From positions 57,226,001-57,290,000 of the forward strand of contig NC_043007.1 of the NCBI RefSeq assembly GCF_006345805.1: DNA of 64,000 nt, written 5' to 3'. The notes below the pieces were generated by a model. That model saw only the letters and a program-made list of their open reading frames with translations. It did not search any database and was not told the origin of the DNA. The translations under genes and the position numbers were made by a program. Shown in pieces: positions 40,501 through 52,639 of the stretch. How positions within the stretch are numbered: the stretch's first letter is position 1; every line of letters starts with the position of its first letter. Source of the stretch: Octopus sinensis. Lineage: Eukaryota.

Positions 40501-41631
40501 ATTGACAGTCAATCTCAAGAAAACTGTTGTCATGCATCAACCTGCTCCTGGTAAGCAATATAGTGTACCAAATATCTATGTGTATGGTAAATGACTTGAT
40601 GTAGTTGATCAGTTTATCTACCTGGGAAGCACTATTAACACATATAGCGATTTGGATAATGAAATTCCATATAGAATTAGGAAAGCAAGTGTTGCTTTCG
40701 GAAGGCTAGAAAAGCGCCTCTGGAGTCGGTGAGACATATGCAGAAAGACAAAGATAAAGGTGTACAAGACATATGTGCTCTTTTCTCTTCTCTATGCCTG
40801 CGAGACGTGGGTCACATATCGATACCACCTTAAACAACTGGAACGTTTCCATCAGATGTGTCTCAGACGGATCTATGGCATTAAGTGGAAGGACCGCATC
40901 AGTGATCTTGAAATATTGGAAGGCTCTCGGTGTGAAAGCAAAGGCTCAGATGGAGCGGTCTAATGGCCAGGATGAAGGATTCAAGGATGCCAAAACAACT
41001 CTTTTATGGAGAGTTAGCTAAAGGAGAACGACCTCCACATAAACCAAAACGGAGGTATAAGGACTTGCTGAAAGCTTCCTTAAGAGATGCTTACATCACT
41101 CCTGACACATGGGAAGTCATAGCTATTGATCGTAGCAGGTGGAGAAGGATTGTGCACGAGGGGACAGCCACTTTTGAGAAATCTCGAGTGGCACTTGAGA
41201 AAGTAAGGAGGGATGTCAGGAAGGGCATCGCTGTTACACTTCCAAATGGGAGGGGTCTTCCTATGATGTTGACATGCAGTGTCTGTGCAAGACCCTGCCT
41301 CAGTAAAGCTGGACTCAAGAGCCATCTTCGTAGTCATAAAGCGAGACAGATGAGTGACAACCTGGCCACTTGTGGTGGTGTAATACACCATACTAATCAT
41401 ATCTGTCGGGCATGTGGAAGAGAGTGTAATTCGGCAGGAGGACTTAAACGACATGCAAAGGTACATGAAGCCCATTTACAACAACAGCCGGCTATTACCG
41501 GTAAAGGTTTTAGTTGCCAATTCTCTACAAGACATTGTAGATCTTTAGCTGGGCTAAAAAGTCACATTCGGTCACAGCACCAGTAACAGTTAAGCTTCGT
41601 GCAATGGCCATGCTCAATAACGAGGGGGCAG

Positions 41632-41640
<9 letters not shown>
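37511..41640 (+). mobile_element. Near full-length, inactivated RTE-clade LINE (APE, RT, C-terminal C2H2 fingers)
   Basis: NIGCWNVRTL, DIVALSET, VYAPT, GDFNARVG, TWMHP..HILDY, TDHRLV (APE); NYRGVSLLS, QSGFR, FVDLTKAFDTV, GVKQG..LAPTLF, YANDC (YADD mutated); LLYACETW, PKQLFYGEL. Several stops and frameshifts. Confidence 0.95.
40357..40490 (+). other. Foreign insertion in the RT domain, matching 44233-44400
   Basis: The first 91 bp are identical to 44233 onward. It interrupts QHIL...TALGLTVNLKK. Confidence 0.85.
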
Positions 41641-41678
<38 letters not shown>

Positions 41679-42031
41679 GCACACACGCACACACACATAT
41701 GCTCTCTTTCACTTTCTCCCCATTCATCACCCTCTTGTACTATCTTATATCCCTCCCCGCCACTACACACTCAATAACACTATAAAATGGTCAAAACTTA
41801 AAGATCTTCCCCAAGATCTTCCCCAAGGAGTAAACATCCTGACCAACTACAAAAGGAACCAGCAAAACATTTTTTTCTTCTTCCCTCACTCCCTTTTCTC
41901 CCTTCCCCTCTTTTTCTTTAATACTTCTTCCAAATACAAAAACACACACACACGCACACACACACACATGCTCTCTCTCTCTCTCTCTCTCCCTCTCTCT
42001 CCCCATTCATCACCCTCTTTTACTATCTTAT

Positions 42032-42260
42032 TTTTTTTTCTTTACTACCCACAAGGAGCTAAACACAGAGAGGACAAACAAGGACAGACAAACGGATTAA
42101 GTCGATTATATCGACCCCAGTGCGTAACTGGTACTTAATTTATCGACCCCGAAAGGATGAAAGGCAAAGTCGACCTCGGCGGAATTTGAACTCAGAACGT
42201 AGCGGCAGACGAAATACGGCTACGCATTTCGCCCAGCGTGCTAACGTTTCTGCCAGCTCG
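42032..42260 (-). mobile_element. Family B tRNA-derived SINE with 9-bp TSD
   Basis: Near-identical to 29251-29472. CTATCTTAT at 42023-42031 and 42261-42269. Confidence 0.9.
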
Positions 42261-42501
42261 CTATCTTATATCCCTCCCTACACAGAAACACTATAAAATG
42301 GTCAAAACTTTTTCACAGGAACTTAGTTCGATTTGAAAACCCCACTAGAATGGGAGAAAGCGCTAATATATAATATATGATCTAAGTTATATGATGTATA
42401 ACTAAGTTATATGATGTATAAAACATGTAATATACAAATAAATATCTGTAAATATAAAACCATCCGAATTTCTGAGTACCTCATTTCTTCTAATATATAT
42501 A

Positions 42502-42897
42502 TCTTTATATATAAAAGTGAAGTTGTGTGTCTGTCTCCTACGATTTAGATTCCTAAATACTCCCACATTTTGCGGTGCAGTTTAACCAAAACCGGGTATC
42601 TTATAGTCGTGATTCATATCGAGCCCTTCTGGGTATTAGCGCGCGTCTACGATGAGTCTACGATTTAAAAAAAAAATTGCCATCATTTTTTTCAATTTTA
42701 ATGCATTTTTTCGCTATTATATAAGGGAAGTAACTCTCTAAAATGTCTACGATGAGTCAACGATTTAAAAAAAAATTACCATTTTTTTTTTTCCATTTTT
42801 AATGCATTTTTTGCTATTTTTTTGGCTATAACTCTCTAAAAATGCTTATATAGTTATTTCCCTGACAAACCCGAGCAACGCCGGGTGTTACTGCTAG
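42502..42897 (+). mobile_element. Non-autonomous Helitron
   Basis: A|TCTTTATATATAAAAG 5' end, ACCCG-agcaacgc-CGGGT hairpin, CTAG|T 3' end, AT target. Confidence 0.85.
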
Positions 42898-43672
42898 TAT
42901 ATATATATATACATACATACATACATACCTATATATATATGTATATATATATATATTATATATATATATATATATAATATATATATATATATAATGAAAT
43001 CCATCATTGAGATCTCTAATGTGACTAGTTTTGTGCGTGTTCTATGTATTTGAATTCCTCGTGTACAATATTATAGAGGGAGGGTCTTATGCCTGTACGA
43101 AACACAGCGACAATAACAACAGCAAACAAAAACAAGTCTGATGTGCGCAGTGAAAACAAATTTCCAAGTCCATCTCTAAACATCACAAAATTTACGAATA
43201 ATTTCTAAAGTCTCTTCACGCTTTATTTTGATGAGATGTTTTTCTTTTGTTCTTCGAATCGTTGTAACAAAAACTTCTATTTATTTATTTATTGTTGCTT
43301 TTTTTTTATTTTGAATCCAAAAGCTGGTCTTATTGTTAGAGCTCACGTAGCTTAAAGAGTAATGAAACCAAATGATAGAGAGACAGATACAGGCAGATAG
43401 ACAGACAGCGAAAGAGAGAATGAGATCGTGGAAGGATTTATTCTCTTATCTCTTTGTTACTGATATCCTTTTCTTTTAAATTTTTGCCCCCTTCTATCCG
43501 TAGGGTAGTTGAGTTAGTAAGAATGGTTAACTCGTTGGATCAGGTATGTAAAAAAAGAAATTGTCACTATCACCCGATACTCTGAGTTCAAATCTGAGGC
43601 CAAATTTACCTTAGATTCCTTCGGAGTTCAATAAGACTAATATCAGGAATATATTAAGTTGAATCAATTAGA

Positions 43673-43860
43673 GGCGGGGAGCTGGTAGAATCGTTATCAC
43701 GCCGGGCAAAATGCTTAGCGGCATTTCTTCACGTGTTACGTTCTGACTTCAAATTCCTCCGAGATCGATAAATAAGTAGCAGTTAAGCACTGCGGTTCGA
43801 TATAATCAACTTACTCCTTTCGTCAAAATTGCTAGCCTTGTGCCAAAATTTGAACCCAAT
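43673..43860 (+). mobile_element. Family B SINE, diverged
   Basis: GGCGGGGAGCTGGTAGAATCGTTA...GTTCTGACTTCAAATTCC...GCCTTGTGCCAAAATTTGAA. Confidence 0.75.
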
Positions 43861-44349
43861 ATAAGATCAATTGGTTATAGGACTCTTCCACGAATTTATG
43901 GTTTTGTATGGGAGAAATCTATGCCGCCCTTTCTCTGTTTCATCTTCGTATTCCTCTCCTTTTTATCACTCATACTCACTCGCCTCATACTCACCTTATT
44001 TCTGTCATGCAATCTTATTTCCTCGCTTTATTTAGCTCCTCTTTTTCTCTTTTATTTACTCACCAACCTACTCTCCAATCATCTATTTTCCGTGACCCAA
44101 CCCGACTCGACCCAACCATCCGGTTCTTGTTATGTTTGGACTAACATACAATAAATAATTGTTCAACATAAGACGTTCAAATCTGCCTCTTTGTTACACA
44201 ACAGCCATTGTATTGGTTTTCATAAGCAATTGAAGAAGTTTGCTCGATGAAACGTGTACATAAGCGGATTCATGTATTCTCATGTATGTGAGTTTCCAGC
44301 GATATCATGATTCTATTAGTCAAGAACAACACAGCGGGGGCCGATACAC

Positions 44350-44418
<69 letters not shown>

Positions 44419-44790
44419 CTCTCTATGTTTGTATGTGTGTGTGTTTGTGTATATGTGTGTGTGTGTATGTGTGTGTGTGTGTTTAGTTGCGTGTTTCTAT
44501 ATAAAAATATCAGTGCTGGTGGATGCATGTATAGTGTATGTTATTCTATAAATAAACTTGTTTGAAAAAATATGCGCTCAACAACTACAGTACGTGTGAT
44601 TATATATTTAGATATCTCTGTATGTGTTTTAGGATCATATATAGGTGCATATGTATGAGAAATGCAGATTTGAATGGATATAAGTGTGCGTGTCTGTGTC
44701 GTGCGAGTGTCTAATTAAAATATAAGAGAATTTGTGAAAGGTTGTAATTTTACCGGCTATCTCTACTGCTCGTTTAAAAGCATGCAGCTT

Positions 44791-44825
<35 letters not shown>

Positions 44826-44955
44826 GGTTTATTAGACACATATGCGTTTGTGTCTTTATGTATGTATGTGTGCGTGTGTGTAGGATTTGTATGTGTATGC
44901 GTTTGTATGTGTGTGTGTGTGCTTATATATATACACATAAATATATATAATGTAA

Positions 44956-45339
44956 TCTCTCTCTATATAAACGGCAGTTTGTCTGTGCGTTTTCTGTGTG
45001 TCTGTTTTCTCGTACCCTCACTCTGACCACGGCTTTCAACCGATTCTGATGAAACTTGACACACACATAGCCCAATGTCATAATTCAAAACTAACGCAGC
45101 GAAAATTTTGAAAAGTTCCCCCAGTTCTGAAAAAAATCGATAAATTCGACATGGGGTCGAGAATCAGAAACCCAAACCACAGACCGTCTAGGGGACGCAA
45201 CTCCACCTTTTTTAACTCTCAACAAAAATTTACCATCATTTTTTTTCCATTTTTTTGCTATTTTTTGGCTATAACTCTCTAAAAATGCTTTATAGTTATT
45301 TCCCTTACAAACCCGAGCAACGCCGGGCGATACTGCTAG
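44956..45339 (+). mobile_element. Non-autonomous Helitron
   Basis: A|TC start, same ~100-bp 3' end as 42502-42897 (CCCGAGCAACGCCGGG...CTAG|T), different 5' half. Confidence 0.85.
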
Positions 45340-45362
45340 TATAATATATATACGTATAAATG

Positions 45363-45752
45363 TGTGTGGTAAGTAGCTTGCTAACCAACCACATGGTTCC
45401 AGTTTCAGTCCCATTGCGTGGAACCTTGGGCAAATGTCTTCTACTATAGCCTCGGGCCGACCAAAGCTTTGTGAGTGGATTTAGTAGCCGGAAACTGAAA
45501 GAAGCCCGTCGTATGTATGTATATATATGTGTGTGTGCGTGTGTGTGTGTATGTGTGTCTGTATATATTTGTATGTCTGTGTTTGTCCCCCCAACATCGC
45601 TTGACAACCGATGCTGGTGTGTTTACGTCCCCGTAACTTAGCGGTTCAGCAAAAGGGACCGATAGAATAAGCACTAGGCTTACAAAGAATAAGTCCTGGG
45701 GTCGACTTGTTCGTCTAAAGGCGGTGCTCCAGCATGGCCGCAGTCAAGTGAT
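45363..45752 (+). mobile_element. Family A SINE, near full length
   Basis: GTGTGGTAAG...GGTTCCAGTTTCAGTCCC head; tail GGCGGTGCTCCAGCATGGCCGCAGTCAA. Confidence 0.9.
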
Positions 45753-46203
45753 TGCCCTGACATGGTTCACACTTCATTAACCGTTCATCCGAGGAGAAAT
45801 ACGGCCTCGTTTCTTTGCGCAGATACCTATTATAATCAGGCATATCTGTAGAGGCTAATTTGCATGGCGAGCATTTGTCGGTGCGTTTGTGTGCATGTAT
45901 GTAGATGTATGTATGCATGCATACATACCAAAATGCACAAAAGTAAAATACACACAAGTAATTTGATACTTCTTGAAGCACAAGTTGTCTTTATTTTAGC
46001 TCCTTTGTGCTTGTAAAACCGTATTTATAACGCTAAATTTCTGTTTTGATTAAAATTTGTTTGAAACATTATTAATGTAAAGAAAAGAAATGAGAAGATT
46101 AAAATACAATTATTGGATGACAATGAAGGAGAAAATAGCACTACTACAACAGCTACTACTACTGTAACTACTACTACTACTGTAACTACTACTGCTGCTG
46201 CTG

Positions 46204-46242
<39 letters not shown>

Positions 46243-46299
46243 ATAATAATAATAATAATAATAATAATTATTATTATTATTATTATCATTATTATTGTT

Positions 46300-49200
46300 T
46301 CATTTATTATTTCACTAGGGCCGACATATAGGGACGATACAGTAGACATGGAGAGTGGGGATTTTGCACAGAAACAACGATTACACAATTAAAACAATAA
46401 CAATGACATCCAACAAAAGAATATAATAATGAAAGTTCCCCAATAGGGGTGGAAGGTAACCACCTGGAGTTGGCTCAGGTACCCCGCCAATCCTGAACCA
46501 CACGACGCTTCGAGGGCATCTGAGAAGAGCACCCTTCTCCCTCTCAAATTCGCTAGTCTACAGGTGAATTCATTACATTCGCTACATTCAACCACCTTTT
46601 AGCAAATGTACTGGGAGGCAGCATTTCTCTCTCCATCCTCATCTTCCTTTCCAAATGAAATTTGAAAAAATTGATGAGTGATTGGCCGAAGAGGAAAGTG
46701 TCTGTCTTCAGTCCTTTCAACCTGGTCCACCATACATCCTCTTTCGCGGCTGCTTTCAAACAGAGGAAAATTACCTGGCCTTCCAGACCGATGGAAAGCG
46801 CCAGATCGATCTTCACTATAGACTCGTCCGATAGCCGGATCCGGCCTACACGTGATAACAGCTGTTCAACATAATAACTCCACAAGTCAGTAATGCAAGG
46901 ACTCTGGACGAGTGCGTGCACAACGGTTTCGTCGCTTTGCGCGCATCTCGAGCAGGTCCGTCTAATAGCACTTCCGTGCGTGTAGAGTTTATCTCGAACC
47001 GGCAGTACCCCCTGATAGCACTGTCAAGGTAGGGATTTCTGGAAGTTATCCGTCATCCCCGGCTCGAAAGTCCTCTCGAACAGACCGATTAGTTCGACTT
47101 CGTCAACGCCTAGCGTCTCTCCAAGTGCGTTATCGCTCTTTCCCGCCACTAACCCTCTATGGAACTCAAGAGTTGATGTTCCAATGATCGCATTGCTCAC
47201 CGGGTAGAGGGCAGTGAGTGCCTGGCAACATTCCAGATGCCAGTCACCCCTCCTCGGTCTCTTATAGACCCAGGACTGCAGCTCAGTCAAGGAGACAAGC
47301 TAGGGAAAAGCATGTTTGACAAATGGCGACCACACCTGTTCACCTTTAGGTAGAATATCTGGAGATGTCGCAGGCTCAGCATATGTCTGTGCATTAGACA
47401 AAAGGCAAGACGTACCTAAAAAGGCTTCCACACGCCTCAAGAAATCTGGCCGCTGGGCTCCGGTAGGAGCGTAGACTGCCACCAGTCTAAAGACACTACC
47501 TTCATTATTGCTCACGTCCCAAACCACCCACTTCCTGTCCAGGTCCCAGAAGATCAACTTTACCTCGAGATCCAGTTCTTTCCTAAACAGCACTGCCACT
47601 CCACCTCCCATTCCCGACTGACTAACATATACAAAGATCTGTTAGTCGTCGAACATGGGAGCCAGTGCGCGTGTATTGGAAATCCTGGTCTCACTGACAG
47701 CAATTATATCCAACTCAGATGTCGTTGAGACCAGATGTCGTTGAGCAGGTGCCCTTGGTTCCAGGGTGATCCCAGGCCTCGAACATTAAAACATCCTACT
47801 CTGAGAGTGGCCATGTTGGCAATCTAAAGAGAGAAGAGAAAGGTTTACTTACCCCCCGGTGTGTTATGAAGGTCGGGTGGTTCGACTTCCATTATTGTCT
47901 TTTGGGGTGGTGGTGGGGGAACCCCTTTAAGAGCCTCGATATGAGTCTCACGTTCGTGATTCCCACGTCCTCCGGAAAGCTCTCTCGAATTTTTGTGTAG
48001 GAATCGAATGACATTTGCGCCAGAAGTAAATCTTCTGGTACGCGAAATGTGTTCGATTCGAATATCACCCCTGTTTCAAATTCCGTGTTTTGTGCTACGA
48101 GGAACATCAGTTGTCCCTTCTGATGTATACGAAGCTGGATGTTTTTGTGTTGATGTTGTTTAATTTGTTTGCTTGACTGCAGTGGTGATGGCCCTGTTGT
48201 TTCTGCTGTATCTGCGTGTGCTGTGGGTGTGGTGTCTGCAGTTTTAGATGTTTGTGTGAGTGTCTGTTCCTGTTTAGATTGTTTGCGTTTGGGGGGATTC
48301 TGGTGATAGTGATGATGTTGGCTGTGTTTGTGTTGGTGGTGTTCGTATTTTTTATTGTGGGTGTTGTTATGCTTTGTGGAGATTTTCTTTTGTGCTTTCT
48401 TTTCGTTTTGCTTTTTTGGGGGGTGGGGGGCTTTTGGTTTTCCTTCATCTTCACTACTGGAAAATGAAGGGTCTGTTGCTGTAAGTGTGTCTGTGTATAT
48501 GTTTATAATCTTGTTTATGTGCCTATTTTTATTTGGTGTGAGTGGAGAAGGAGAACTTTCCTTGCTTCCCCGAGTGGGGTTAATGTCTTTGTTGTTATTG
48601 CTCGTGGTTTTGCCGGTGCTGATGTTGCTTGTGATTCTCGTCCCGGCGTACGCAGCAGTGGAGGCCTTTAACTCCATGCACTTTGTACCAGTTGGGGGCA
48701 GCGAGCTTGCAAATGAGTCGTTTCTCCACACCTGAAACAACGAGGCTTTTTGCCCTCAGTCATGATATATATCTGGAGACCGAAGTGGTCCGGGATTTTT
48801 TTTATGTTTTCGGATATGATCTTGAGAAGTATCTTCAGGTCAACCCTGGACCAGTCCTCCATGGCAGTTCCTGTCGCCTCTATCGGGACAGTATTCGTCC
48901 CTTCCACGATTACGCATCCCAGAAGCCACCAAATATCTAGTCCTGGGGCATTCTAGGAATGGGGACATGGGCTGTACGTTTCCCTATGTGGGAGGGGTAC
49001 ATGATGACTTTGTTATTTTGCAGGGGGTCATTGAATGATTCATAGCGAGGGCTTCTGACTTAAACAGCACCGAAAGATATCGTATTGTTTGCCCCTCGCT
49101 TTGTAGTCGATGTCATTTCTAATGCACCTCAGCGCCGCCTCAATATCTAATTCGGCTATTAAAGCTGCATCTACTGAGATGCATCTGAAAAGCATCGTTG

Positions 49201-50049
49201 TTCTCTCCACTGCTTCAATTGCTTCGGATGGGATAGTCAGGTTGGCCCAAGTCTTCTCTTGTTTTATTACTTTCCTTGCCTGTGGTGGTATCTGCTCTCT
49301 ATTTGTGAGGTCTACGGTAAAGCGATGTTTGTTCTTCTTTGCTACTACTGCTGCTGCGAACGTGTTTTTGTTATTGTTATTGGTATTGTTCTCGCTGTTG
49401 TTTTTGTTGTTGTTAATGTTGCTGCTGTTGTTGCTGCTGGTGTTGTTGTTGTCGTTGTTCTTATCGATGTCGCTGGTGGTGGTTTTGTTTCTGTTGATGT
49501 CGTCGCTTTTGCTCTCGTTGTTGTTGTTGTTGTCGCTATCTCTACTGCCGCTGCTGTTGCTGTCTTTTTCGTGGTTGTTGTTGCTATCACTATTACTACT
49601 GCTGTGGCTGCTGTCACTGTTGTGTTAGTGTTTCTGCTACTATTGTTGTTACTGTTAGTTGGACTTTGTACCATGATAGTTTTGTTTTTTTTCCTCCTCC
49701 CCTTCCCTTCTACTGTTGCCCGTAACGGTGCGAAGGGGAGGGAAGTCTTCATCCGTTATCATATTCCTAGGAGGGTTTGTTTTGTTTTTTCTCAACTCTT
49801 TCAAGACACGATCTGCCATCTTCTTGAGTTGTATTTGATTCAATTAAATATAATGCCCACCGGAATTATTTGGTGGGCTGAAAATCGCCCCTCTGAGGGC
49901 TACACAACCATAACAAACCAGTAACAGGCTCGTGGAGCTTCTATTCACAACTTGGAATAAAATAATTATACCAATCCTGGTATAAATAAATATTTTGAAC
50001 TGGACTTACTTAGAGCGTTCGAAAACACGTTCGAAATGTTCCGCAGCAA

Positions 50050-50051
<2 letters not shown>
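46300..50051 (-). mobile_element. Tx1/L1-like LINE with internal deletion of RT: ORF1, APE N-half, ORF2 C-terminal Cys/His region
   Basis: ORF1 from ATG 49819 with CFRCGETTHLQARC knuckle; ORF2 from ATG 47814 MATLRVGCFNVRGL..AVSET..GVAVLF..VAVYAP; then LPVRDKL..CSRCAQSDETVVHALVQ. No RT motifs between; (TAA)n tail. Confidence 0.85.
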
Positions 50052-50093
<42 letters not shown>

Positions 50094-50134
50094 TAATAAT
50101 AATAATAATGATAATGATAATAATAATAATGATA

Positions 50135-50920
50135 CTAGGCCAATGTGATGAAAAATGGAGCAGACCCAAAATGCCGATTCTGCAACGACATGATTGAAAC
50201 AGTGGACCATCTAATCTCTGGATGTAAAGTCTTAGCACCAGTGGAGTATAAATTAAGACATGACAGAGTTGTCCAATATCTACACTGGCTAATAAGTCGG
50301 CATTACAATATCAAAACTGCCGAAAAGTAGTATAATCACCACACTGAAGCTGTAACTGAAGGAGAAAATGTAACGATTCTGTGGGATTTTCCAGTTCATA
50401 CAGACCGAACCATCAAAGCCAATAAACCAGATATTGTTGTGAAAGACCAAAACAATAAAGTTTGCTTATTGATCGACATGAGCATCCCCTGTGATCATAA
50501 TATCTCGGCGAAAGAGTTTGACAAGCTCAGAAAATATAAAGACCTGCTCATTGAAATTGAGAAAATGTGGCATCTCAAGGCGGTTACAATACCAGTGATC
50601 GTAGGAGTACTAGGAATGATCAAGAAAGGAACAGAAAATTATATGAGAATGATCCCTGGCTTACCATCCCTGCAAAAAGTGCAAAAGATTGTCCTAACTG
50701 GTACATCACACGTATTGAGAAGAGCATTGTCGATGTGAGAACTATTACTACCCATGTATTTTAATTTAATTTTAGAAAAAAATGAACGAACTAGTGAGTT
50801 TAGTTTAATGGCCTACCAATGTATACTATGAGTTTGTTTGCCCTAGGAGTCGGGAAGACACTCGGCAAGAAATGGAAACAAATTTGAAAGAAGAAAAAAA
50901 AGGAAGAAAAAAAAAATAAT
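50135..50920 (+). mobile_element. 5'-truncated R4/Dong-clade non-LTR retrotransposon (restriction-like endonuclease)
   Basis: CRFC..ETVDHLISGC zinc knuckle, RHD motif, LWD, KPDIVVKD..LIDMSIP (PD..D), KYKDL, IPVIVGVLG. Flanked by (TAA)n. Confidence 0.9.
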
Positions 50921-50924
50921 AATA

Positions 50925-51139
50925 ATGGTACCAATTTTTTTCCACGAGGACGGCCATTTTGGGGGAGGGGATGTGTCGATTACATTGATCCCAGTGTTCC
51001 ACTGGTACTTAGTTTATCGACCCCGAAGGAATGAAAGGCAAAGTCGACCTCGGTGGAATTTGAAAACAATATGCAGCGACGGGCGAAATACAGCAAAGCA
51101 TTTCGTTCAGTGCGCTAACGATTCTGCCAGCTCACCGCC
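50925..51139 (-). mobile_element. Family B SINE, diverged
   Basis: GGCGGTGAGCTGGCAGAATCG head and GAGGTCGACTTTGCCTTTCA core on the minus strand. Confidence 0.8.
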
Positions 51140-51160
51140 TCTATGATGATGATGATGATG

Positions 51161-51217
<57 letters not shown>

Positions 51218-51639
51218 TAATATGACTTTTATTTGCGTCCATGCGGAAGGATGAGGGGACGTTACAAAATTATAAAGTGTGAGGATGTACATGGAGTGGA
51301 ATGGATGACTTTTAAAAAGTATACATGATATAAGAAATAAAAAAACAAATGATGATTATGGTGGTGGTGATGATGATGATGCAATTCATCATATACAGAA
51401 GAACTTCTCGGGCCAATCGAGGGACCCTGCCACCCAAGGGCAAGTGTTTTCCGTCAACCACTCTTCCCGTTTTTACTGCTTTCACCCAACTTTCAGTAAA
51501 TTCACTCGAGGACAGTATTCCCTTCTCCACACCCACCTTCCTTGTCATCCTCTTCTCGACACTTGTCATCTGAAACTTGAAAAAGTCAATGAGGGATCTA
51601 CCAAAGAAGAAAGTCTCTATCTTTATACATTACATTCAA

Positions 51640-52005
51640 GTCCACCACAGAACCTCTTTCGCTATCGCCAGTGCTTTACCTGCCCGTAGAAAAGCAATCA
51701 TCTGCGACAAGAGTTACTCAACATAATTCCATGAGTTAACAATGCTCGGTTACTGAACGAGTGCGAACCGAACGGTTTCATCGCTTCGTACGTATCTCGG
51801 ACAAACCGGTCTGATGGCATGTCCGTTCCAGTAGAGGTTATCTTGAACTGGTAGCGCTCCTCGGTAGCACTTCTATGACAAAGATTTCTGAAAGTTATCA
51901 ATGAGAGTCCCCGATTGGAATGCCTTCCGGAATAGACTAACCAGTTACTTTTCGTAGACGCCCAGCGTTTCCCCAAGGATGTTGCTATTCTTCCCCGTCA
52001 CTAAC
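51640..52005 (-). mobile_element. Second Tx1-like ORF2 C-terminal fragment
   Basis: Homologous to 46870-47150 (TTATC..CAGAA.TC, CGGTT.C.TCGCTT, GTTCAACATAAT/ACTCAACATAAT). Confidence 0.7.
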
Positions 52006-52025
52006 AGGTGGGTTAGTGACGGGGA

Positions 52026-52100
52026 AGTTGAACACTGGGATGAGTATAATCGGCTTAACTCTCCCCTTGGACTTACTAGCCTTGTGTCAAAATTTGAAAC
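52026..52100 (+). mobile_element. Family B SINE 3' fragment
   Basis: GTTGAACACTGGG...GCCTTGTGTCAAAATTTGAAAC then (ATT)n. Confidence 0.6.
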
Positions 52101-52155
<55 letters not shown>

Positions 52156-52159
52156 GTTA

Positions 52160-52260
52160 TTTTCTTTCAATTTTGTTTCCATTTCTTGCCGAGTGTCTTC
52201 CAAACACCTACGGCAAAGAGACTCACTGTATACATTGGTAGGCTATTAAAATAAACACAC
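52160..52260 (-). mobile_element. 3' end of a second Dong-type copy
   Basis: Minus strand GCCTACCAATGTATAC...GGAAGACACTCGGCAAGAAATGGAAACAAA matches 50811-50882 and runs into (TAA)n. Confidence 0.85.
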
Positions 52261-52639
52261 CAGATTGTTCATGGACAAAGTCATGTGATAGAAAAAATAA
52301 ATATATTAATATTATTTCCACATTAACTTCAAGGGCTGCAATGTATGAGAGGAAATTCTATCTTAGAAAATGTATCGGAAAGTACATATGCAATAAACAG
52401 GTTTAGGAGTAAAACATAAATACAATATACAATAAAACAATATATTTAACAAACAATGCCACCTACCGAAACAAGACTGGGACCCCACCGCTTAGGCAGG
52501 ACCAGCCCATTGTCACATTGATTCTGCATTATGATTGAGTTCAGGGTTCTAGTTATTTTCTTGAGAGGAGGACAGCACTCAACCATTTATATTCGGTAAG
52601 TATACAATTCTATTGATCGATGCGAAGATTTAACACAGT

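Noticed and set aside
44228-44262. TTGAAGAAG...GAAACGTG hammerhead-like string
   Set aside because: No stem II and a non-cleavable GUG triplet.
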